From the sequence record NC_041897.1: a stretch of DNA of 42,292 nt, one strand, 5' to 3'. The notes beneath the pieces were generated by a model. That model saw only the letters and a list, made by a program, of their open reading frames with translations, did not search any database and was not told the origin of the DNA. Of this stretch, positions 9,378-16,991 are shown piece by piece. Both the position numbers and the translations under genes were made by a program. This DNA is from Escherichia phage K1ind1. Within the stretch, counting starts at the first letter, position 1, and each line of letters begins with the position of its first letter.

Positions 9378-9769
9378 GTTTCGCGCTTGATGTCTCTAAG
9401 TTCGTGGAAAAGGCGAAGAAGAACCCCGAGAAGGTGATGCGTCAGGTGTCTATCAAACTGTTTTCCGCTATCATAAAGGCAAGTCCGGTAGATACAGGTC
9501 GCTTTCGTATGAACTGGATGGCGTCTGGCGGCACTCCCGCTTCCGGAATTACAGACGCTACGGATAAATCAGGAAACACGGCAACCGGAAACGCTACAAG
9601 TTTCGTGCTTAAAGCTACAGACTGGCGCGAGTTCACGCTGACAAATAATCTGCCGTATGCACAACGGCTGGAGTATGGCTGGTCGCAACAGGCGCCACAA
9701 GGTATGGTAAGAACTAATATATCGCGTTTCCAGCAACTCATTAACGAAGAAGCCAACAAGGTGAAATGA
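9374..9769 (+). CDS. neck / tail-completion protein (HK97 gp10-like)
   Basis: 131 aa; size, position and LEYGWS-type motif reminiscent of HK97 gp10 family. Confidence 0.45.
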   Translation: MSFALDVSKFVEKAKKNPEKVMRQVSIKLFSAIIKASPVDTGRFRMNWMASGGTPASGITDATDKSGNTATGNATSFVLKATDWREFTLTNNLPYAQRLEYGWSQQAPQGMVRTNISRFQQLINEEANKVK

Positions 9770-10182
9770 TGGGCTACTTTGAGGACTTAACGAAAGCGTT
9801 TGATGCGCCGCTGGTAGCCTTCGGAACCGCCAACGGCATCAAGGTCGCGCTTGAAAATATCGACGCGCCGACGTCAACCGATACGCCGTATCTGGCAAGT
9901 TATATGTTGCTGGCGGATACGGAACAGGCGGATTTGTTCTTCACGGAACAACGCGCGGGTGTTTATCAGGTCGACATTAACTACGCATCGGTGAAAGGTA
10001 GCGCGCCGATCAATAAAATGGCAGACTTACTTAACACGGCGTTTAAAGCAGGTAAGTCATTTTCACGTAACGACATCTGCGCCGTTGTGAATGAGGTTAG
10101 CCTGGGGCCGCTGATTGTAGAAAACGGATGGGCCAAACGACCATTGTCAATTAACTTTATTGCATTCACCAAGAGGCTGTGA
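9766..10182 (+). CDS. tail terminator-like protein
   Basis: 138 aa; immediately upstream of major tail gene. Confidence 0.4.
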   Translation: MMGYFEDLTKAFDAPLVAFGTANGIKVALENIDAPTSTDTPYLASYMLLADTEQADLFFTEQRAGVYQVDINYASVKGSAPINKMADLLNTAFKAGKSFSRNDICAVVNEVSLGPLIVENGWAKRPLSINFIAFTKRL

Positions 10183-10184
10183 AT

Positions 10185-11351
10185 ATGGCTACAACTCCTT
10201 TTAAGGGCGCGAATACTGCGCAATTCTATGTGGCAGAAACTACCCCGGGCGTAACACCGACTAACCCGGTCTGGTCGCCATTGCGTAACACAGGTGGCGT
10301 TCCTGCCATTACCCGCGACACGCTGACCTCCAACGAACTGGACGGCAGCCGTGAAACTACGTCAATCCGCACCGGTAACAAGCAGGTTAGCGGAGAATAC
10401 GCTATTGAGCTTAGCTCGAAAAGCCAGGACGACTGGCTGGCGGGTGCTTTAGGCTCTACATGGCAATCCGGTAGTTCTCTGACCGGGCTATCAATTACCG
10501 TCGCGCCTGCAGGCAAGACCTTTACCCGTGCCGAAGGTAGCTTTATTTCTGACGGCGTTGAAGTGGGCGACCTGATTGCGTTTACCGACTTAACCGGTGA
10601 CAACGCAAAACCGTTTATCGTAACTGCAGTAGAGGCACTGGTAGTGACCGGGGCGGGTATCCAGCATACCCTGACCACAGAGACAGTAACTACCGCCGCT
10701 AAGACAGGGGATAAACTGGAAACGGGAAGCCAGTGCAAGACGTTCTCTATTCTCACCTGGTACAAAGGCCAGTGCGGCGGGACTGACGCGTACACACTAA
10801 CCAAAGGCGTGGAAGTTTCTGGTTTTACCATCGAACAGGCTGTTAACGCTATGGTAACTGGCAGCTTCCCGTTCATCGGTCGCAGTCAGGAGATTCTCAC
10901 CACGCAGCCGTCTGGTTCTGATTTCTCCTCTGTTACGTTTGGTGACGAGCCGTTCTCCTCGGTCGATGTTTCTGTGTTCGACGGTTCTACGCCGTTGCGT
11001 TGCGACAGCCTGACCATCACCAACGACAACAGCGCGTCCGCACAGTTCGAACTCGGCAACACTAACGTAGCGTTTGTGGAGCGTAGCCGAGCAGCTAACA
11101 CCTTCTCCATCTCCGGTAAGCTGTACGACATGGCGATGATTCAGAAGTTTATCAACGAGCAGCAGGTGGAGATTAACTCTATTCTGGCGGGGGTAAACGG
11201 GGCTATGTCTTTCAGCTTGAAACGTGCAGAACTTACCGCGGTTACACCTGAGATTGGCGGGCCTGAGTCAATCACTCAGTCCATCGAAGGCCAGGCTACT
11301 GGTAACCAGTACCAGTCGTCTATTGTTATTCAGCGCATCACCTACGCATAA
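10185..11351 (+). CDS. major tail protein
   Basis: about 388 aa from ATG 10185 (AAGAGG RBS); T/S/G-rich; precedes chaperone/tape-measure genes; followed by strong terminator. Confidence 0.55.
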   Translation: MATTPFKGANTAQFYVAETTPGVTPTNPVWSPLRNTGGVPAITRDTLTSNELDGSRETTSIRTGNKQVSGEYAIELSSKSQDDWLAGALGSTWQSGSSLTGLSITVAPAGKTFTRAEGSFISDGVEVGDLIAFTDLTGDNAKPFIVTAVEALVVTGAGIQHTLTTETVTTAAKTGDKLETGSQCKTFSILTWYKGQCGGTDAYTLTKGVEVSGFTIEQAVNAMVTGSFPFIGRSQEILTTQPSGSDFSSVTFGDEPFSSVDVSVFDGSTPLRCDSLTITNDNSASAQFELGNTNVAFVERSRAANTFSISGKLYDMAMIQKFINEQQVEINSILAGVNGAMSFSLKRAELTAVTPEIGGPESITQSIEGQATGNQYQSSIVIQRITYA

Positions 11352-11355
11352 AACT

Positions 11356-11380
11356 AAGGCCCCTTTCGGGGCCTTTTTCT
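11356..11380. terminator. bidirectional rho-independent terminator
   Basis: AGGCCCC-TTTC-GGGGCCT hairpin flanked by T-run on plus strand and TTAGTTTT on minus strand; separates major tail gene from convergent island. Confidence 0.6.
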
Positions 11381-11934
11381 TACAAACCTAATATTAAAGC
11401 AATACCTATAGCGTTCGATTTAACGTAACCCGGTATGATGTAGGTGTCATAATCTTTTACACCATCAATATCGTACAGGTAACCGCGGCTGTCCCCTTCA
11501 AACGTATGGCCGTCTCTGTGCAAGCGGACGATTCTCACATCATGCCCTGCGGCAACGATAGGGGCTACTTCGCTGGCGAACCCGCCATCAGACACCACAA
11601 AAACTTCGTCGCCGTCGGGCAAGTTTCCGGCAAGATACTTACCGAAATAATCATCACCGAATACCGGTTTAATGAATTGCTCGGAAATGGCAATCATGAG
11701 CTGACGCCGAGACAACCCGTTAAGGAAACCCTCTGGCTTTTCTTTCCGCGCCCGGTCGTCGTAGCCGTCGAGAAACTCGCGGTAAGCATCCTGGCCTAAC
11801 GCAGCCATAGCAATATTGAACATCGGATTCTTGAAACTGGCGACACCCTTCGCAAAGCCCATTTCTACCAGCGCCCTAGCAAGTGTGTCTTTCCCGCAGC
11901 CCGCAGGACCATTAAGAATAATTACCTTAGCCAT
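11380..11934 (-). CDS. P-loop nucleotide/polynucleotide kinase (dNMP-kinase-like)
   Basis: 184 aa; Walker A GPAGCGKDT near N-terminus; small alpha/beta kinase size; last gene of leftward island. Confidence 0.6.
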   Translation of the reverse strand: MAKVIILNGPAGCGKDTLARALVEMGFAKGVASFKNPMFNIAMAALGQDAYREFLDGYDDRARKEKPEGFLNGLSRRQLMIAISEQFIKPVFGDDYFGKYLAGNLPDGDEVFVVSDGGFASEVAPIVAAGHDVRIVRLHRDGHTFEGDSRGYLYDIDGVKDYDTYIIPGYVKSNAIGIALILGL

Positions 11935-12419
11935 TATTTATCACTCCCATGTGGTTTTAAGTGTGTAGAGTTCCCGTTACAGTCGTATTCAGTAACTGCG
12001 TGAGTGGTTATGCCGAGTTCGCGGAAATGCTTTATTACCGCTGGAGAGTCGTCGAATGCACACAAGATTCTCTCCGGCCCAATAGCACGCAACACCTCTT
12101 CTTTAATTACGATGTCTTTTCTGTTGTCGTGTTTGCTGCGCATGATTAACTGATAAAATTCGACGCGGTGGCGCTGCAACCACATTCTGGTTTCTTTTTC
12201 CGCGTCATCACTACGGCCTGTTAAGATAATAACGGCATAGCGACGATTAAGGGCGTTACACAGTTCGATGTTATCTTTAATGGGTGCATCGTCTTTGCAC
12301 GCCATGTTAAATGGTTTCCACGCCCAGGTTTCGCCGTAGTTATCTTTCGGCAGCAGGTGTAAACGATGAGTACCATCTGCCAATGTCCCGTCTAAATCGA
12401 AAATCACAATATCTTTCAT
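11934..12419 (-). CDS. HAD-superfamily phosphatase
   Basis: 161 aa; HAD motif I FDLDGTL, motif II ILTGR, motif IV FDDS; start overlaps upstream stop (ATGA). Confidence 0.65.
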   Translation of the reverse strand: MKDIVIFDLDGTLADGTHRLHLLPKDNYGETWAWKPFNMACKDDAPIKDNIELCNALNRRYAVIILTGRSDDAEKETRMWLQRHRVEFYQLIMRSKHDNRKDIVIKEEVLRAIGPERILCAFDDSPAVIKHFRELGITTHAVTEYDCNGNSTHLKPHGSDK

Positions 12420-13546
12420 CCAAGCATCTCCGGTGAAATAGTTAAACGTGCGACCTCGCCATATTCGGCGCTATAAGTAATTACGTTTGCACTGCGGCCC
12501 GACATCCACCCACCGCGGGAGGCATATGCATCTTTAGCCGCGAGAGTGCGGTGTTGCTCAACAATCATGTTACGGCTTTCTACAATCTTTTGGTGGTGCA
12601 GGTGACCCACGTGGGCGTAGCTGTAAACACTCTCGCCGAACGCTTTGCGGAACTTGGCGATCATAACCGGTTCGATAGCGTCGAATCGTGCTTTATGCCC
12701 ATGATGGAAGAACAGCGTCGTTTTGCCGTGTTGCACCATCTTGTAAACATCCGGCGACGTATCGACGAACACACGCGGCTCATTGTCGTACAGCGTACTA
12801 AACATCTCAGCTAACCAAATCATTCCGCTTTCGTCGTGGTTACCTTGCACAATAAGCAAGCGAACATTTTTATGCTTAACAAGGGCCATATCAACGACAC
12901 GGCGGACCATACGAATCATGTAGCGGACCAGTTTCTGATAGCGCGTGTCCGCATCGAGAACATGACCACTTGCCGGTGTAACGGCGTCCAGGCTATCGAA
13001 GTGCGCAAGGTCGCCGAGCAGATTAATAACTCCTGTTCCTGCATCCGGCGCTTTCTGAAACGCGGCATCGAACCAACGAGAGAACAGGTCTTCCGCGATT
13101 TTCATATCCCAGTCGTCGCCGCTCTCGTCAGCCCATGCCAGCATACCGAGGTGAAAATCAGATACCGTGTAAAGATTGAGTAGCTTGCCGTCGCGTTTGG
13201 CGCGTGCTGCTTTAACAGGGGCGACTGGCGTAATCTCTGATTTCATTCCTTCGATTACGGCTTTCATCAACTCGACCTGACGTTCAGCATCGGTGTCTGT
13301 CTTAACCCATTGCAACTTAGTGTTGCCGAACTCGTCCACCAGCGACGACGTTCCTTTAATCTTGTAGCCGTCCGGCACAAGGTGACTAACGTCGCGCCCG
13401 TGGCCTACGCCTTTCTTAGCCAGCTTCGCTTTACGGATACGGATAACGCGGTCAGAGATGCCGTATTTACGAGCTATATCGATATTCTTCATCCCGGCGT
13501 TCAATTCTTCCTGCAACTGTTCGTCGGTTATTTTCTTCTGGGCCAT
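12416..13546 (-). CDS. HTH domain fused to calcineurin-like metallophosphoesterase
   Basis: 376 aa; N-terminal HTH (NIDIARKYGISDRVIRIRKAKL); metallophosphoesterase motifs SDFHLG, GDLAHFD, GNHDE, HHGH, GHLHH; GAGGAAG RBS. Confidence 0.65.
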   Translation of the reverse strand: MAQKKITDEQLQEELNAGMKNIDIARKYGISDRVIRIRKAKLAKKGVGHGRDVSHLVPDGYKIKGTSSLVDEFGNTKLQWVKTDTDAERQVELMKAVIEGMKSEITPVAPVKAARAKRDGKLLNLYTVSDFHLGMLAWADESGDDWDMKIAEDLFSRWFDAAFQKAPDAGTGVINLLGDLAHFDSLDAVTPASGHVLDADTRYQKLVRYMIRMVRRVVDMALVKHKNVRLLIVQGNHDESGMIWLAEMFSTLYDNEPRVFVDTSPDVYKMVQHGKTTLFFHHGHKARFDAIEPVMIAKFRKAFGESVYSYAHVGHLHHQKIVESRNMIVEQHRTLAAKDAYASRGGWMSGRSANVITYSAEYGEVARLTISPEMLG

Positions 13547-13584
13547 ACTTACTTCCTCGTGTTTAGGATTTGTCCTATACTAGC

Positions 13585-13776
13585 TCACTTCTCGTTAACA
13601 TTCGAGTTGCACGCCCAGATTAAAATAAAGACCCACGGCAGCAGCGCCCAGCCAAGAAACAGATTAGCCATGAATATCGCTAACTTCGCTTTATGGTTAC
13701 GGAAGTACGCAACCAGGAAAGGCGCAAAATAAACGAGAAGTGCAAACAGAATTAAGGAAACTGGTAAACTTGACAT
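13585..13776 (-). CDS. small membrane protein, superinfection-immunity (Imm) family-like
   Basis: 63 aa from second ATG (GGAGG RBS); two hydrophobic helices flanking RNHKAKLAIF...GWALLPW, a pattern resembling the Imm superinfection family. Confidence 0.5.
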   Translation of the reverse strand: MSSLPVSLILFALLVYFAPFLVAYFRNHKAKLAIFMANLFLGWALLPWVFILIWACNSNVNEK

Positions 13777-13806
13777 TTTAAATCCCTCCATTGTTGGTGT
13801 AAGTGA

Positions 13807-13835
13807 ATAGTACCCTATTATATTGGGGTGTGCAA
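13807..13835 (-). promoter_or_regulatory. sigma70-like promoter TTGCAC-17-TACTAT with embedded AATAG-N4-CTATT palindrome (13806-13819)
   Basis: minus-strand reading CTTGCACACCCCAATATAATAGGGTACTATTCAC is nearly identical to the plus-strand cassette at 35342; lies about 30 nt upstream of the Imm-like gene. Confidence 0.5.
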
Positions 13836-13943
13836 GTAATGTGATAGAATAATTTTGCGCCTAGTGTCGCACACGAAAAGCGGATGGTTACCGTCTGGCG
13901 CATTTATCGTTAACCTGTAACCTCTTAACCAAAGGATTAAAGA

Positions 13944-14360
13944 ATGAAACTTTCTGATTTTTATTTCGAAGAGAAAGCACTGGCGGGCAAGAAGATGCCG
14001 ATTTTGCTGCCGAATGGTGAAGACTCCGGCGAGTGGCTTAATGTCGTAAATCCTGATGCGGATGCCGCCGTTAAAGCGGGGCGTGCTTTCATTATTGCGT
14101 ACCGCCGCGGGCTGGCACGTTTTGAAGAACTGGAAAAAGCTGCCAAAGACTCTGGTGATTATACTGAATATAATCTGGCGGTTAACGAACTGGCGGAAGA
14201 CCTAAACCGGCAACTCGCGGCAGAAGTCGTAAACGGCTGGAGCTTTGATGAGCCTTTCTCTAAGGAAGCGTTTAACAAATTGCTCGACCAGTTCAAAGCA
14301 TTAGGCACACAGGTAGCTGCGTTTCATAACGCTGAGCGCAAAGCATTACAGGAAAAGTAG
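13944..14360 (+). CDS. tail assembly chaperone (gpG-like)
   Basis: 138 aa acidic protein immediately upstream of tape measure; classic position. Confidence 0.55.
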   Translation: MKLSDFYFEEKALAGKKMPILLPNGEDSGEWLNVVNPDADAAVKAGRAFIIAYRRGLARFEELEKAAKDSGDYTEYNLAVNELAEDLNRQLAAEVVNGWSFDEPFSKEAFNKLLDQFKALGTQVAAFHNAERKALQEK

Positions 14361-14725
14361 ACGCGCTGTACAGGTTCGCCACCTACGAGTTCGTTGATAA
14401 GCATAAAATCAGAGAGTTTGATTCTATAGCCGACGGACATGAACAGGCGCTTATCGCGATGGGTGTAATCGATAAGAAAAAACGTGCAGCGCGACGGGGT
14501 GGGCCAGAATGCCCGCCCCTTTTTATATCCACCTTTGAGACGTATTGCGACATTAAGTTTACGCGACACGTGCGCGAGGACGCTGTAGTATTGTTTGCAA
14601 GAGAATCTGTTACGTGGCAAGACCTGAAAGCCTATCTCGATGTTATGCAAAAACAGCTTAGCCTGTTCGAGATAGACATTATCATGGGCTTAGAAGCAAT
14701 CTTTGAAGGTAGAAATCATGGCTGA
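13944..14725 (+). CDS. tail assembly chaperone frameshift fusion product (gpGT-like), inferred
   Basis: 0-frame ORF 13944-14360 joined to -1 frame 14336-14725; downstream ORF lacks its own RBS-ATG near the frame opening. Confidence 0.4.
14351..14357 (+). other. candidate -1 ribosomal slippery site GGAAAAG
   Basis: the -1 frame is open from 14336 to stop at 14725; A_AAA_G-type site 2 codons before the 0-frame stop. Confidence 0.4.
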
Positions 14726-16991
14726 TACCGCTAGCTTGATAGTACGAGTATCATCGACCGGCGTCGATAAAACCACATCACAACTGAACGGGCTTACCAA
14801 GGCGGCGGGGGCCGCCGCCGCCGCCGTTGTCAGTCTGGAAACCGCTAAGCAGGTGTTCAGCGCGCTGGTGGATTCCCAGCGAAACTTCGATAAGCTGAAC
14901 TCCGGCCTCATCACGATGACCGGGAGCGCCGAGAACGCGGCTAAGGCTTTCAGCGTCCTGCAACAGTTCGCAAAAGAGACCCCGTACGGTCTCAATCAGG
15001 CGGTAGAGGGGTTTACCAAGCTCGTTGCGCTCGGTCTGAACCCCAGCAAAGAGGCGTTAATCTCCTACGGCAACACCGCGGCGGCTATGGGTAAAGACCT
15101 TAATCAGATGATTGAGGCAGTTGCCGACGCCAGTACATTTGAATTTGAGCGCTTAAAAGAGTTCGGCATCAAGTCGTCGCAACAGGCAGATACAGTTTCG
15201 TTCACGTTCCGCGGCGTAACGACCACGGTTAAGAAGAACTCCGAAGAGATTCAGAAATACCTCCTGAATATCGGCAACACCGATTTTGCCGGGGCGATGG
15301 AGACGCGCTCTAAGACGCTAGACGGCCAGTTATCGAGCCTCGCCGACTCCTTCGACGGTCTTGTTCTTGCGGTGGCGCAGTCTGGTTTTGGCGACGCCGT
15401 AGGTGAGCAAGCGGCCACAGCGGAAGACGCTATCACGGCGCTTACCGACGCCATCGCGTCTAATGAGATAGCCGCCACGCTCCAGGATTGGGTGGCGCTG
15501 TTCAATGAGTCATTCAAGTTTATTTCCGACGCCTTGAATGACCTGGCATTCGATACCGAGGACAAATCCGTTGATATGTCTGACTCGCTGGGGACTATAC
15601 CGGATGCTATCCGTGAGTGGTTGCCAGACATCCAGCAGACATTTCACGAGGTTATTGCGTGGTTCCAGCGCATCGACGATTACGCTGTAGCGTTAGGGCA
15701 GACCCTTGCCGACGTGTTTGACCCGAGCAAAACGGCGGCGCTAACATTTAAAAACCTGACCGCAGAGGCCGACGCCGCGTACGCCGCTAGCATAAAACGC
15801 GCGGAGGCAGAATCACAGGCAATAACTGACCGCTCGAAACAGCGTAAGAAAGAAATTGAGGAACAGCGCAAGCAGTACGACGAGCGTAAGAAGCAAGAAA
15901 TTGACTTAGCCAGCCTTGTTAATAAAAAGGGCGGAACTGGTGGGGTGGGGACAACCGACGATAAAGCAGCAAAAGCCGCCGCCAAGAAAGCAGAGCAATT
16001 GCGGAATCAGGCGCAAGATTACCTCGACACTTTGGCCCGTCAGAACAACGACGAGTTAAAGGCTATCGACGCGCAGGAACAGCAGAAACTGGCTAAGGCA
16101 AAAGAGTTCTACAGCCAGGGCGCGTTGTCCCTGAAAGAATATGAACAAGCTAAAACAGCTATCGTCCTCGAAGCCGGGCAAAAACGACAAGATGAACTGG
16201 ATAAACGCCAGAAAGAAGCCCAGGAAAAGCAGCAGAAAGGTGACGACTTCATGGCTCAGATTATGGGTCAGAACGCTACTGAGCTTGAGCTTCTCGACAT
16301 CCAGGAACAGCAGAAACTGGCGGTAGCGGATAAGTACCGCGAGCAGGGTTTGATTAGCGAGAAGCAGTATCAGGCCGCTCTTAACGCCATCAACGAGCAA
16401 TACGCAACCAAACGTGCCGATGCAACGGCAACGGCCTTTGGTAACATGGCCTCAAACATCGGGTCTGCGTTGGGTGAGGCTTCTGGCGCGTACAAGGCAT
16501 TCGCTATCGTACAGGCCACTATCGCCACGTACACCGCAGCTATTGAGGCGTACAAGTCAACGGCAGCTATACCTGTAGTTGGCCCGTTCCTGGCCCCTGT
16601 AGCCGCTGCCGCTGCCGTTGGTGCAGGTATGGCGCAGGTTTCCGCTATCCGGTCCGCGCGTGAACAGGGTGGACAGTTATCCGCGGGGCAGGCTTCCACC
16701 ATCGCAGAACGCGGTAAACCAGAAGTTATTATGCCGGCTGGCGCATCTCGTGTTCGCACAGCACAGCAGATGAAAGAAATTATGGGGCAAAACGGGTCTT
16801 CTTCCGGCCCGTCTAATGTTACTATCGTAAACAACACGAGTTCTCAAATCGGCAACGTATCCACTGAGCAAGATGATGAAGGCCGTTTGCGAATCATCAT
16901 CGAGGAGCAGGTGGCTGCCTCTTTGCAGAACAGCAACAGCAAGATTAGCAAGGCCCGCAAAGCCACAAGAAATGCGCCGGGGTTTAAATAA
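14718..16991 (+). CDS. tail tape measure protein
   Basis: about 758 aa; long A/Q/E/K-rich coiled-coil, Gly/Ala-rich hydrophobic C-terminal segment; follows chaperone pair. Confidence 0.8.
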   Translation: MADTASLIVRVSSTGVDKTTSQLNGLTKAAGAAAAAVVSLETAKQVFSALVDSQRNFDKLNSGLITMTGSAENAAKAFSVLQQFAKETPYGLNQAVEGFTKLVALGLNPSKEALISYGNTAAAMGKDLNQMIEAVADASTFEFERLKEFGIKSSQQADTVSFTFRGVTTTVKKNSEEIQKYLLNIGNTDFAGAMETRSKTLDGQLSSLADSFDGLVLAVAQSGFGDAVGEQAATAEDAITALTDAIASNEIAATLQDWVALFNESFKFISDALNDLAFDTEDKSVDMSDSLGTIPDAIREWLPDIQQTFHEVIAWFQRIDDYAVALGQTLADVFDPSKTAALTFKNLTAEADAAYAASIKRAEAESQAITDRSKQRKKEIEEQRKQYDERKKQEIDLASLVNKKGGTGGVGTTDDKAAKAAAKKAEQLRNQAQDYLDTLARQNNDELKAIDAQEQQKLAKAKEFYSQGALSLKEYEQAKTAIVLEAGQKRQDELDKRQKEAQEKQQKGDDFMAQIMGQNATELELLDIQEQQKLAVADKYREQGLISEKQYQAALNAINEQYATKRADATATAFGNMASNIGSALGEASGAYKAFAIVQATIATYTAAIEAYKSTAAIPVVGPFLAPVAAAAAVGAGMAQVSAIRSAREQGGQLSAGQASTIAERGKPEVIMPAGASRVRTAQQMKEIMGQNGSSSGPSNVTIVNNTSSQIGNVSTEQDDEGRLRIIIEEQVAASLQNSNSKISKARKATRNAPGFK

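Noticed and set aside
10226-10876. 216-aa minus-strand ORF inside the major tail gene
   Set aside because: Antisense to a well-supported structural gene, no RBS, low-complexity translation.
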